A stretch of 64,000 nucleotides of DNA. Source: an uncultured Chloroflexia bacterium (GTDB lineage Bacteria > Chloroflexota > Limnocylindria > Limnocylindrales > CSP1-4). Under the pieces are notes generated by a model. The model was not told where the DNA came from, did not search any database, and saw only the letters and a list, made by a program, of their open reading frames with translations. The stretch is from contig CAWEYL010000001.1 in assembly GCA_963813335.1 (NCBI GenBank), positions 960,001 through 1,024,000 of the forward strand. Reading direction: 5' to 3'. This document shows, in pieces, positions 37,090-48,496 of this stretch. Position numbers and translations under genes: made by a program. The stretch's first letter is position 1. The number at the start of each line of letters is the position of its first letter.

Positions 37090-38304
37090 CTAGCGGCGCG
37101 GCGACGATTCCGAGAAGGCGCGCCACGCGGCTGCCACCAGCGCCGGGTCCGCGAAGAGCTCGTACGCCGTCTGGGCGACCAGGGTGGCGGCGAGGAGCGT
37201 GGTCTCGTCGGCCTGCGGGCCGATCGCCGCATCACGGAACAGGATCGAGTGGCCCGGGGTCCCCTCCGGCGCGATCGCCAGGTCCGGATGGATGGTCGGG
37301 CAGACCCAGCTGACGTTGGCCATGTCCGTGCTGCCGGCATTCTCGTCGTCGCCCTGGTCGGCGATCCCGTAGGCGGCCATGTTGGCCCGGAACCGCTCGG
37401 CGAGGACCGGGTTGTTGTTCATCGTCGACGCGCGGCCGGAGAAGGCGACCTCGACGGTCGTGCCGGTCGCGACCGCCGCGGCATCGCACAGGGCGCGGAA
37501 GCGGTCGCGCATGGTCTCGTAGTAGGCCTCGTCGTCGCTGCGGATCATGAACCAGGCGGTGGTCCGCTCCGGGATGATGTTCGCGGCGGTGCCGCCCTCG
37601 CGGATGATCCCGTGGACCCGTGCGGTCGGTCGGAGCTGCTGGCGCCACAGCCCGACCGAGCTGAACAGCAGGATCATCGCGTCGAGGGCGTTGCGGCCCA
37701 TCCACGGATCCGACGAGGCGTGCGCCTGGAGGCCGTGGAAGACGACGTCGACGTCCTCCGAGGCGAGCGGCCAGCTCTCGACGTGGTTGCGGTCGCACGG
37801 GTGGTACAGCAGCGCCGCGTCCAGGCCGGCCATGAGGCCGTCGTCGATCATGATCTGCTTGCCGCTCCCCCGCTCCTCCGCCGGCGTGCCGAGGAAGACG
37901 ATCTCACCGGGGAGCTGGTCGGCCATCGAGGCGAGCGCGATCGCCGCGCCGACCCCCGACGCGGCCATCGTGTTGTGGCCGCAGCCATGGCCGAGTCCGG
38001 GGAGCGCGTCGTATTCGGCGAGGATCCCGATCCGCGGCCCGTCGCCGGACCGCCCGCCGCGCCGGACCGCCCGGATCGCCGTGGCCAGGCTCCCGGCCGG
38101 GAACTCGACCTCGTACCCGTGCCGGGCGAGCGCCTCGGCCACTGCAGCGGCCGCGCGATGCTCCTCGAAGGCGGTCTCCGGGTCGGCGTGGATCCGGTGC
38201 GACAGGTCGAGGATCTCGCTGCGCGCCGCGTCGACGGCGGCCGCGAGGCGGGCCTTCTCGGCGGCATGGGGCTCGGCCGGGGTGGTGGCGGTCAGCGACG
38301 GCAA
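37090..38304 (-). CDS. M20-family amidohydrolase (AbgB/Acy1L2-like)
   Basis: IHADPETAFEE, AEYDALPGLGHGCGHN, GTPAEE, GSTDMANVS. Confidence 0.88.
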   Translation of the reverse strand: MPSLTATTPAEPHAAEKARLAAAVDAARSEILDLSHRIHADPETAFEEHRAAAAVAEALARHGYEVEFPAGSLATAIRAVRRGGRSGDGPRIGILAEYDALPGLGHGCGHNTMAASGVGAAIALASMADQLPGEIVFLGTPAEERGSGKQIMIDDGLMAGLDAALLYHPCDRNHVESWPLASEDVDVVFHGLQAHASSDPWMGRNALDAMILLFSSVGLWRQQLRPTARVHGIIREGGTAANIIPERTTAWFMIRSDDEAYYETMRDRFRALCDAAAVATGTTVEVAFSGRASTMNNNPVLAERFRANMAAYGIADQGDDENAGSTDMANVSWVCPTIHPDLAIAPEGTPGHSILFRDAAIGPQADETTLLAATLVAQTAYELFADPALVAAAWRAFSESSPRR

Positions 38305-38379
38305 CGGGCGGTTCTCCGATGTGGTGGACGGCCGGGAGGGGAGCGGGCCGAGGGTAGCGCGCGACCGGGGATGACGCGG

Positions 38380-38755
38380 TCAGCGTTCCGCGGAGAGCGT
38401 CGATTTCGGCCACGACCGCCAGCACGATCATGAACAGTGCGATCGGCCATTCGAGGACGCCCTGCAGCCGGAGGACGACGAGGACGGTCGCGATGACCCC
38501 GACCCACGCCGCACGACGGATCGCCCTGGTCCAGTCGCCCTGGTAGGCGATGCGGCGGTGCCGGGCGAACACGGCGAGCCAGAAGATCGGGGCGAGGGTC
38601 AGGCCGATGGCGAGACCGATGAGGCCGGCGCCGACGAACCCTGCGCCCGGGTCCGCCAGCGGGTCGCGGGTGTCGAGCACGAGCCAGACCAGCAGCCAGA
38701 GGACCACGGCGGCGGCGAGGAACCCGAGGTTGGTCAGCCGGTCGCGTGCCTCCAT
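38380..38755 (-). CDS. Hypothetical 4-TM membrane protein; apparent +1 frameshift near 38401
   Basis: Hydrophobic helices. Removing one base restores the ending ...VAEITLSAER-stop before the next gene; otherwise the ORF runs on into the amidohydrolase. Confidence 0.68.
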
Positions 38756-38776
38756 CGCCCCCGAGTCTAGGGTCCG

Positions 38777-41700
38777 TCAGCGGGCGACGCTCGCCGGGCA
38801 GATATCGCGGAACGCGCAGTAGGTGCACGCGAGGTAGTCGGGCTTCGGCGTGTAGTCGCGGGCCCGCATCCCCGCGGCCGCCTCGGCGATCTTCTCCCTG
38901 GCCTTCGCGAGCCGCTTCGGGTCGAGCTCGACGCGTCCCACGAGCCCGGACTCGAGGAAGTGGAGGGCCACCGCGTCGGGCAGCCGGCCGGTCATGGCCT
39001 CGTAGCCCATGGCGTAGATCTGGAGCTGGAGCGAGTCGCGCGCCCGCTGGCGGGCCTTGGCTGGCTCGCGGACATCGGAGGACTTGTAGTCGGTGATCGT
39101 CACGCGCTCGCGGCCCAGCATCCCCAGCGTCGGCGAAACGACGTCGGCGGAGAAGGCGCCGTCGCCGCCGATCGGCGCCGTGGCGACGGTCGGCCCGTCC
39201 CCGACCGCCTCGACATCGACCCGGTCCCAGCGGCCGCGGACGCGGTCACCACCCAGGCTGAAGCTGAACTCGCGCTCGACGTAGGTCGGGATGACCGCGC
39301 CGGGCTCGAGCTGTGCCGCGCGGAACCGGCGCAACGCCTGTCGGCCGGCCTCGAGCCGGGCCTCCTCGTGGTCGCGGCTGACGAAGCCCTCGTTCGACCA
39401 GGCGGACTCGAACACCTCGTCGAGCTCGGCTTCGCTCATGACCTCCCCGCGCGCGTGGCGCTGGTGGAAGATCTGGACCGCGCGGTGCAATGCGGCGCCG
39501 TAGACGATCGCGTGGTGGGGCGCCAGCGGGACCCGCAGGACGTGCGCGTACTTGTACTTGAGCGGACAGGTCAGGTAATCGTCGATCTGGTAGAAGCTGA
39601 GCGACAACGGCTCGTCGATCCGCCCACGCGGCGGCTCCGGCCGGGTCGCGGCGGCGTCGAAGCCGGCCAGCCGCTGGGCCGGTGTCGCGGCCACGGCCCC
39701 TGCCCCGGGTGTCCCCGCGGCCGACGGCAGGTCGAGCGCCTCGAGCACGAATGGGGAGATCCGGCGGGCGCGCGCGCCGCCGTAGTCGGCGGCGTGCGAC
39801 AGGATCAGCTCGTCGCGCGCTCGCGTCATGGCCACATAGAACAAGCGCCGTTCCTCGGCGAGCGCGGACTCCGGCGTCGTCGGGCCACCCCGACCGAGTC
39901 CGGCCGGCAGCGCCAGCGGGTCGCCGCGACCGTTCAGCGGGAACCGCCCTGCGACGAGGCCCGGCAGGAACACCACGGGGAACTCCAGGCCCTTGGCCTT
40001 GTGGACGGTGAGGACCGCCACCGCGTCGAGGTCCGGGTCCAGGTCGGCCGTGGCCGGGTCGTCCCCGGCCTCGATGAGGGTCGCGAGGTGCGGGACGAGG
40101 AAGGCGACGCGGTCGTCGGCGAGCAGCGCCGACTGGTGGCGCACGATCTCGAAGAATCGCGCGATGTTGCCGAGCGCCTCCTCCGCGGCCGCGGTGTCCG
40201 TGGCGGTCAGGCGCGACAGCAGCCCGCTCCCGCGCAGGAAGGCATAGAGCAGCTCCCCGGTCGGGCGGTCGTGGGACAGCTCCGTGTAGGAGCGCAGGTC
40301 GGCGACCAGCTTCGCGACCGTGACTCGGGTCCCGGCCGAGACCCGCAGGATCCCCGGCTGCGCCAGCAGCTCCTCGAGGACGGCCCGGATCGAGCGGTTC
40401 CGCCGCCGGGCCGAGGTCACGATATCGGTGAGGTCCTCGCCGTCGATGTCGTAGACCTCGGACGCCGCCAGCGCGTACAGGTCGACGCTCGACCCGGGAT
40501 CCGCGACGGTCCGCAGGAAGGCCAGCAGCAGCCGGACCTCGGGCCGCGCGTAGAGCCCCGAGGTCCCCGAGAATCGCCAGGGGACGCCCGCCACGTTGAG
40601 CGCTCGCAGCTGCGCGTCCGCATGGCCGTTCGCACGAACGAGGATCGCGTGGTCGCGGGGCGCCGCCCCGGCCGCGATGCGGCGGCCGATCTCGGCCGCG
40701 ATCCAGTCCACCTCGTCGGCGGACGTGGCAAAGGCCTCGAGCCGGACGGGCGCCGGCGCGGGCGCGGTCCGCTCCGGCCGGAGGCGCTTGCTCACGCCGG
40801 CGCGGACCTCCAGGCGGTCCGGGTCGTTGAAGCGGACCAGGCGGTAGGCGGCGTCGAGGACCGGCGCGAGCGAGCGGTAGTTACGGCGCAGGACCACGGT
40901 CCGGGCCGACGCGTACCGGTCGCGGAACCCGAGGATGTTGTCGATGGCCGCGCCGCGGAAGGCGTAGATGGCCTGGTCGTCATCGCCGACCACGGCCACG
41001 TTGCGGTGCCCCTCGGCGAGCAGGCCCACGAGCTCCGCCTGCGCCCGGTTGGTGTCCTGGAACTCGTCCACGACGATGTAGCGGAACCGCCCCGCCACCG
41101 CCGTCCGCGCCGCCGGCGATCCGCGCAGGAGCCGGAGCGCGAGCGCCACCTGGTCCCCGAAGTCGATGCAGCCGTCGGCTGCGAGCAGGCGCTGGTAGGT
41201 CTCGTACGCGCGGGCGAGCTCGGCCTGCCGTCGCGCGGCCTCGAGCCCGCTTGCCGCCTCGACCGCATCCGGCCCGGCCGCGGCCGCCAGCGCGGCCGCC
41301 TCGGCGGCGACCCGGTCGGCGAACCCGAGGTAGTCCGCCGGGGCGATGTCCTCGTCCTTGCACCGGCTGAAGAGCGTGGCCAGCGCCGCGAGGAAGCGGG
41401 TCGGGTCGCCGAGCGGGCGATACAGGTCGAGGTCGAACTCGAACAGGTGCTCGCGCAGGAAGATCACGACCTCGGGACGCGACAGCACCCGGACGTCGGT
41501 CGGCAGGCCGAGCTCGAGCGCGTAGTCGCGGATGAGCGAGTCGCCGAAGGCATGGAACGTGGAGATCGCCGTGTCCGTGTAGCCATACGGCACGAGCTGG
41601 TCGACGCGGAGCGCCATCTCCTCGGCCGCCTTGTCGGTGAAGGTCAGCGCGAGGACCTCCGACGGTCGCGCCCGCCGCGTCGCGACCAGCCAGGCGATCC

Positions 41701-41989
41701 GGCGCGTGATCACCTCGGTCTTGCCCGTCCCCGCGCCGGCCACGACCAGCAGCGGGCCGTCCTCGTGGGTCACCGCTCGACGCTGGTCGGCGTTCAGGCC
41801 GCCCAGCAGCGCCGCCAACCCTGGCTCGTGCGGGGCGGTGAGGGCCGGGTCCATCACCGGGACGAGGTCGCGCCAGGCGGGAAGCTGGTCGAGCGGGCCG
41901 GGCTCGCGGCGACGACGACGCGGCGCCCGGCTCGGGGTTCTCAAGGTCGAGGGTGGAGGTGGGGTCGGGGTGCTCGCGGAGGGGGCCAT
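38777..41989 (-). CDS. UvrD/PcrA-type helicase fused to a PD-(D/E)XK nuclease (AdnB/AddA-like)
   Basis: AGAGTGKT, LTFTDKAA, VDEFQDTN, VGDDDQAIYAFRGA, NYRS, TVHKAKGLEF, EERRLFYVAMTRA; then CPLKY, GRWDRVD, DYKS, QLQIYA, CTYCAFRDIC. Start may be 41854. Confidence 0.9.
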   Translation of the reverse strand: MAPSASTPTPPPPSTLRTPSRAPRRRRREPGPLDQLPAWRDLVPVMDPALTAPHEPGLAALLGGLNADQRRAVTHEDGPLLVVAGAGTGKTEVITRRIAWLVATRRARPSEVLALTFTDKAAEEMALRVDQLVPYGYTDTAISTFHAFGDSLIRDYALELGLPTDVRVLSRPEVVIFLREHLFEFDLDLYRPLGDPTRFLAALATLFSRCKDEDIAPADYLGFADRVAAEAAALAAAAGPDAVEAASGLEAARRQAELARAYETYQRLLAADGCIDFGDQVALALRLLRGSPAARTAVAGRFRYIVVDEFQDTNRAQAELVGLLAEGHRNVAVVGDDDQAIYAFRGAAIDNILGFRDRYASARTVVLRRNYRSLAPVLDAAYRLVRFNDPDRLEVRAGVSKRLRPERTAPAPAPVRLEAFATSADEVDWIAAEIGRRIAAGAAPRDHAILVRANGHADAQLRALNVAGVPWRFSGTSGLYARPEVRLLLAFLRTVADPGSSVDLYALAASEVYDIDGEDLTDIVTSARRRNRSIRAVLEELLAQPGILRVSAGTRVTVAKLVADLRSYTELSHDRPTGELLYAFLRGSGLLSRLTATDTAAAEEALGNIARFFEIVRHQSALLADDRVAFLVPHLATLIEAGDDPATADLDPDLDAVAVLTVHKAKGLEFPVVFLPGLVAGRFPLNGRGDPLALPAGLGRGGPTTPESALAEERRLFYVAMTRARDELILSHAADYGGARARRISPFVLEALDLPSAAGTPGAGAVAATPAQRLAGFDAAATRPEPPRGRIDEPLSLSFYQIDDYLTCPLKYKYAHVLRVPLAPHHAIVYGAALHRAVQIFHQRHARGEVMSEAELDEVFESAWSNEGFVSRDHEEARLEAGRQALRRFRAAQLEPGAVIPTYVEREFSFSLGGDRVRGRWDRVDVEAVGDGPTVATAPIGGDGAFSADVVSPTLGMLGRERVTITDYKSSDVREPAKARQRARDSLQLQIYAMGYEAMTGRLPDAVALHFLESGLVGRVELDPKRLAKAREKIAEAAAGMRARDYTPKPDYLACTYCAFRDICPASVAR

Positions 41990-42026
41990 GCACGGACCAT
42001 CGCCGAGCGGCGTGACAGCTAGCCTG

Positions 42027-42501
42027 TCAGGCGGTCGCCTGCCGGATCGCCGCCGTCTCCTCGTCCGACAGGTTCGCGTCCGAGCGCCCCGCGGTGATCG
42101 TCTTCGCGTAGATCCGCGTGCCCGTGCGCGCGTGCAGGCTCGACAGGACCCAGCCGTCACCCTTCGCGTCGAGCAGCGCCAGCGCGAAGCTCTGGTTGCC
42201 GCCCGTCTCGTCGAACGGGTTGTAGCGGACCAGCCCGACGCGCTGGAAGGCCTTCGGCAGCGCTGCCTCGAGGACCGCCGTCCGCGCCGCGACGTCGTCG
42301 AGCCCCTTGCCGACCGCGAAGACCTTGTCGAGATGCGCGTCGAGCACGGCCTCGAGGCTCCGGCCCTCCGAGCCCCGGGTCATCCCGGCGAGGCGGGCCT
42401 CGAGTCGAATTCGACCGGCGGAGCAGCACGACGACCAGGATCGCGAGCACGACGACGGCCACGACCAACGCGCCCACGATCAGGCCGATGTTCGGGGTCA
42501 C
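42027..42501 (-). CDS. DUF4446-family protein; apparent +1 frameshift near 42408
   Basis: N-terminal TM in one frame, QRVGLVRYNPFDETGGNQSFALALLD..G..SSLHAR..TRIYAK in another. Removing one T restores SNRLEARLAGMTRG. Confidence 0.8.
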
Positions 42502-42660
42502 GAGCGCGTTGAGGTCGATCGGGGCGTCCTCCGTGGGGTGGCCCCGGAGTCTAGCAGCCGGGCCGCTGGCGAGGTGATGCTATCCTCTGCCCCGCGGCGG
42601 CCCGCCCACGACCAGCCGGGGCCCGCCCGACCCGACCACGCACGAGGAACCCGTCCGAAC

Positions 42661-43062
42661 ATGGCCAAACGCGTCCGCGGCAGCAGCACCCGTCCGGGTC
42701 AGCGCGCGCCGATCCAGCGGCGACCCAGCACCGCGCCCGCTCCCGTCGCCGCGACCGCCGCCCCACGGCCGGCATCGCTCACCGTCGAGGAGGAGCGCCG
42801 TGCCGCCGAGCTCGAAGCGCAGATCGTCGCCGAGGAGCGTGCCGCCGACGATGCCCGCCGGCGCGGCACCGAGCGGGCCAGGCGTCCAGCGTCCGACGAG
42901 ACCGGGGCCCGCACGACGTCCAGCCTCGCGGTCCGCGCGGCCGAGGAGTACGCCTACGTCGGCCGCGACGTCCGGCGCATCACCCTGATCGGCGGGACGA
43001 TGATCCTGTTCCTCATCGTCCTCGCGATCATCACCCACCTGAGCGGCAGCGGCCCGATCTGA
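42661..43062 (+). CDS. Hypothetical protein with C-terminal TM helix
   Basis: GAGGA RBS; [13 protein letters not shown] followed by a TM helix. Confidence 0.7.
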   Translation: MAKRVRGSSTRPGQRAPIQRRPSTAPAPVAATAAPRPASLTVEEERRAAELEAQIVAEERAADDARRRGTERARRPASDETGARTTSSLAVRAAEEYAYVGRDVRRITLIGGTMILFLIVLAIITHLSGSGPI

Positions 43063-43098
43063 CCCGGCGCCCCCGACCGGTCGTCGTACCATCGGGGC

Positions 43099-44607
<1,509 letters not shown>

Positions 44608-44611
<4 letters not shown>

Positions 44612-45261
44612 GCGGAGCGTCGTCGGTCCACCGGGACCCGTGGATCGGCGTCGGGCTCGTGGCGGTGCTGGCCTTCGCCGTCCTGGCGGCGCTCGTCCAG
44701 GTGACGGGAGTCTCGGCGTTCGACACCGCCGTCGCATCGCTGGTCCAGGGCCTTCCCGTCCCGCAGGCGTGGTGGCAGGCATGCACCGATCTCGGCGGGC
44801 CGATCCTGTTCCCGATCGGCGCCGGGGCGTGCCTCGGGGCGCTCGTCACCGGCCATGTCCGCCTGGCCCTGATCATCGCGGGCGTGCTCGTCGCAGCGGC
44901 ATCGGCGACCGACATCGTGAAAGACGCGCTCGCCCGGCCGCGGCCACCGGCGGCCGTGCTCGAGCACTTCACCTTCAGCTTCCCGTCGGGCCACACCACC
45001 AACAGCACGACGACCTACGGGCTCCTCGCCCTCGTCGCATGGCGGAGCCGCCGGCCGCGTGCCATCCGCGGGATCGCGGTCGCGCTCGGGATCACGCTGC
45101 CGATCCTGGTCGGGCTCTCCCGGATCGGGCTCGGCGTGCACTTCCCCTCGGACGTGCTGGGGGGCTGGCTCCTTGGCCTCGCCTTCGTCTCGCTCGGCGC
45201 CGTCCTGATCCGTGCGACCGGTGCGATGACGCCCGACCTGCCCCGCGGCCCGACCTCCTGA
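44608..45261 (+). CDS. PAP2-family phosphatase
   Basis: K...RPRP, SFPSGH, SRIGLGVHFPSDVLGG. Confidence 0.9.
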
Positions 45262-45301
45262 GCCGTCGCGCCGCGGCCGGCCCGTCCGTCATCATCGGCT
45301 G

Positions 45302-46693
45302 ATGACCGCCCCCGGACCGACCGATACGGGACCCGTCGCCCGGGCGCGGCGCTGGTTCGAGCGGTTCGTGCCCCGTGGCGCGCTGCTGCTGTCGGCCCTG
45401 AGCCTCGGCTACTTCGCCATCGGCATCGTGCGCAACCGGGTCTTCGCCACCACCTTCGGCGCCGGCGCGGAGCTCGACGCCTACAACGCGGCCTTCCGGA
45501 TCCCCGAGATCGCCCTCGACGTCCTCGTGTCGGCCGGCCTGACGGCCCCGTTCATCCCGATCTTCGCGACCCTGCGCCGCCACGACGAGGGCGCCGCGAA
45601 CGACTTCGGGCGGACGGTGCTGACGGCGGCCGTCGGGGTCATGGCGGTCGCGGTGGTCCTGCTCTTCCTCGCGGCGCCCTGGCTCGCGACCATCATCCTG
45701 CCGGGCTCGGACCAGGCCACGCGCGACCTGTACGTGACCCTGACCCGCATCAACTGCCTGGCGCAGGTCATGTTCGCGGCCTCGATCTGCCTCGGCGAGA
45801 TCCTCGTCGCCGACCGGCGGTTCCTCGCCTACGCGCTCGCACCCATCCTGTACACGAGCGGGATCGTGGTCTTCACGCTCATCTTCGCCGACGCGTACGG
45901 CATCGTGGCCGCCGCCTGGGGCGCGGTCGCCGGCGCCGCGGCCCATCTCGGGATCCGCATGGTCGGGACCCTGCGGACCTCCTTCCGGATCCGGCCGGCC
46001 ACGGCCTTCCGGACCGCGGCGTTCGGTGAGTTCGTCCGCCTGATGATCCCGCGGATGCTGAGCCACCCCATCGAGCCATTGACCTTCACGTTCTTCACGA
46101 TCGTGGCCTCGAGTCTCGCGGTCGGCAGCATCACGTCCGTCAACTTCGCCCTGGACTACCAGGTCGTCCCGGTCAGCCTCATCGGGATCTCGTTCTCGCT
46201 GGCGATCTTCCCGACCCTGTCCACCTCCCACGCCGACGGCGACCGGGCCGGCTTCGCCTCGCTCCTCGGACGGAACCTGCTGGTCATCGGCAGCCTGACC
46301 ACGCTCGCCGCGATCGCGCTGTTCGTCGCCTCCGGCACCCTCGTCCGCGTCCTGCTCGGCGGCGGCGAGTTCGGCCCCGACGATGTGGCGCGGACGTCGG
46401 CGGTCGTGGCCGCGTTCGCCTTGTCGGTCCCGTTCGACGCCCTCGCCTACCCGCTCTCGCGCGGGCTGTACGCGACGCACGACACCGTGCGCCAGGTCGT
46501 CGCGTCGTTCGCCGGGCTGGGCGTCGTCATCGTCGCGACGACGGCGCTGGTCGGGCCGCTCGGGATCCTCGCCATCCCGTTCGGCTACGCCATCGGGATG
46601 GCCGTCAAGGACGTGCTGCTGGCGTCCTTCCTGGTCGGGCGGGTCCGCGGGATCGGGCGCGCGGCGGCGCCGGCCGTGGCGCCGCCGGCCTAG
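45302..46693 (+). CDS. murJ: Second MurJ-like lipid II flippase
   Basis: FGAGAELDAYNAAFRIPE, multiple TM helices, RGLYATHDT. Confidence 0.8.
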   Translation: MTAPGPTDTGPVARARRWFERFVPRGALLLSALSLGYFAIGIVRNRVFATTFGAGAELDAYNAAFRIPEIALDVLVSAGLTAPFIPIFATLRRHDEGAANDFGRTVLTAAVGVMAVAVVLLFLAAPWLATIILPGSDQATRDLYVTLTRINCLAQVMFAASICLGEILVADRRFLAYALAPILYTSGIVVFTLIFADAYGIVAAAWGAVAGAAAHLGIRMVGTLRTSFRIRPATAFRTAAFGEFVRLMIPRMLSHPIEPLTFTFFTIVASSLAVGSITSVNFALDYQVVPVSLIGISFSLAIFPTLSTSHADGDRAGFASLLGRNLLVIGSLTTLAAIALFVASGTLVRVLLGGGEFGPDDVARTSAVVAAFALSVPFDALAYPLSRGLYATHDTVRQVVASFAGLGVVIVATTALVGPLGILAIPFGYAIGMAVKDVLLASFLVGRVRGIGRAAAPAVAPPA

Positions 46694-47640
46694 GGCGCGG
46701 GCTTCGTCGGGACGACCGAGATGAAGAGGCCGTCGCGGTCGGGATAGCGCCCCTCGGGCCGCTTCCACGGTAGGTAGTTCCGCTCCATCTCGCTGGCGTT
46801 CTGGAACGTGCCGGGCGGGTCGGAGCGGCCCCAGATGCTCGAGATCCGCGGATACCACGGGTCGAGGATGTAGGCGCCGGACACCTTCGCGTTGTTGAAG
46901 AGGACGGGGTCGGCGTCCGCGCGGTAGCCGGTCATCACCCAGGTGTGGGCACCCTTCCACGCCAGCAGGATCACCGGCGAGTGGGTGGTCTTGATCGCGC
47001 GTGCGGCGTCGCGAAGGGCGAGGGCGCGCGACTTGTAGGCGCGCACTTCGTAGCCCGGCGCGCCGTAGGCGTCGAGGGCGAGGGCCATGGCCGACGGGCC
47101 CCAGTCGCCGTTGTGGCTGTCCGGCCGGCTCTCCCACTCGTGGACGCGGCTCTGCAGCTTGGCCTGGAACTTGTCCGACGTATCGGCCAGCCCGAGGACG
47201 GCGAGCGCCATCTGCACGCCCGATGGCGAGCACCACGTGTCCTTGACCTCCGAGGCGAAGACGGCCTTGGGGTGGTCTTCGATGTCGTAGTCCACCGCCT
47301 TGCGGACCGGCTTCGGCGTGGGGGTCGGGGTGGGCACTGGCGTCGGGGCGGGCGTCGAGCCGGGAGCCAGCGGACCGCTCGGGGACGGGACGGGGGTCGG
47401 GGTCGGTTCGGCGGTCGGTTCGGCGGTCTCCGGCGGCTCGGTCACCAGGACGGTCGTGGCGCCGCGGTCCGGCGGCGGACCGCTCACGAACCGGTCGATC
47501 TTCGCCAGCAGCCGGTCGAACCTGTCACCCGCGCCGAACGCGTTGACCGCCACCGCGCTGGCCCCGACGGCCATCGTGAGCAGGACCACGATCGCCGCGC
47601 CGGTGATCGCCTGGGTGCGGCGAGGGGGTCGACTGAACAT
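46690..47640 (-). CDS. Secreted/anchored protein with Pro-Thr linker and a putative C39-like cysteine peptidase domain
   Basis: N-terminal TM, PTPTP linker, WCSPSGVQM (Cys), GAHTWVMTGY (His), ILDPW (Asp). Start ATG 47640 or GTG 47667. Confidence 0.68.
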   Translation of the reverse strand: MFSRPPRRTQAITGAAIVVLLTMAVGASAVAVNAFGAGDRFDRLLAKIDRFVSGPPPDRGATTVLVTEPPETAEPTAEPTPTPVPSPSGPLAPGSTPAPTPVPTPTPTPKPVRKAVDYDIEDHPKAVFASEVKDTWCSPSGVQMALAVLGLADTSDKFQAKLQSRVHEWESRPDSHNGDWGPSAMALALDAYGAPGYEVRAYKSRALALRDAARAIKTTHSPVILLAWKGAHTWVMTGYRADADPVLFNNAKVSGAYILDPWYPRISSIWGRSDPPGTFQNASEMERNYLPWKRPEGRYPDRDGLFISVVPTKPAP

Positions 47641-47712
47641 ACGAAACGAGGTTCCTCCGGGGGCCACTGTACGGCGGAACGACGACGGAGCCCCTCGACG
47701 TGCGACGCCCGC

Positions 47713-48126
47713 TCAGGGTTCCAGGTCGAACGCCCGCACGTGGCGCGGTCGGAAGACCGCGACCGGCCGCCGGTCGAACGTGGCGATGCGGCGCACCCCG
47801 AGACGCTCGGCCGCCGCGACCAGCAGCGCGTCGGCGAGTCTCGGCCGATGCTCGGCCGCCGCCTCGAGGTGCTCGGCGGCCCGGGCGAGGTCGGCGGCCG
47901 TCGGCGAGACGAGCCGGACCCCGCCGCCCGAGATCGACCGCAGCAGCGCCAGCGTCGCCGGGAGGCCCAGCTCGCGCTGGAGGAGGACATCCAGCTCGGC
48001 GAGCGTCAAGGCCGCGAGCAGCAGGGGCTCGTCCGCCCGGGCGAACCAGGCCATCGCGGCGCCGTGGTTGAGGTCGGCCGTGTCGGCGGCCGCCAGGACC
48101 GCGGACGAGTCGAGCAGGATCGCCAT
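47713..48126 (-). CDS. vapC: PIN-domain VapC toxin
   Basis: ILLDSS, TLAE, LADALLVAAAE, IATFDRR. Confidence 0.85.
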   Translation of the reverse strand: MAILLDSSAVLAAADTADLNHGAAMAWFARADEPLLLAALTLAELDVLLQRELGLPATLALLRSISGGGVRLVSPTAADLARAAEHLEAAAEHRPRLADALLVAAAERLGVRRIATFDRRPVAVFRPRHVRAFDLEP

Positions 48127-48141
48127 CGGCGGCGCGGCGCC

Positions 48142-48393
48142 CTAGCGCGACGCGGCGGGTCGGCGGCTCGCCTCGCGGCGGGTGATCGAGCGCCCGTCGA
48201 GCGAGAGCCGGCCGTGCCCGCTCCGGCCGACCGCCAGGAACGGCAGGTCCGGCGCGGCTTCGTGGGTGGCGAGGTACGCCTCAAGGGCGGCAGCGATGAT
48301 CGCCGTCCGCGTGGTCCGCTGCCGGTCCGCGAGCCGCGCCACGCGGTCGAGCAGGTCAGGGTCGGCAAGGATGGTCGTCCGGGTCGTGGTCAT
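48142..48393 (-). CDS. Ribbon-helix-helix antitoxin (VapB/CopG-like)
   Basis: RTTILADPDLLDRVARLA..TRTAIIAAALEAYL; directly upstream of the PIN gene. Confidence 0.78.
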   Translation of the reverse strand: MTTTRTTILADPDLLDRVARLADRQRTTRTAIIAAALEAYLATHEAAPDLPFLAVGRSGHGRLSLDGRSITRREASRRPAASR

Positions 48394-48410
48394 ATGCCGA
48401 CATATATGCC
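48391..48410. promoter_or_regulatory. Putative toxin-antitoxin autoregulatory operator
   Basis: CATATGCCGACATATATGCC: AT-rich island with palindromes CATATG and CATATATG and a direct repeat ATATGCC, overlapping the antitoxin start. Confidence 0.5.
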
Positions 48411-48496
48411 ACGGTGGCGAGCCGCCGTCAACCCATGGGACCATCCGGCCTGCAGACCCCACCCCTTCCCCTGACCGTCAGCCTCGGAGGCCCGCC

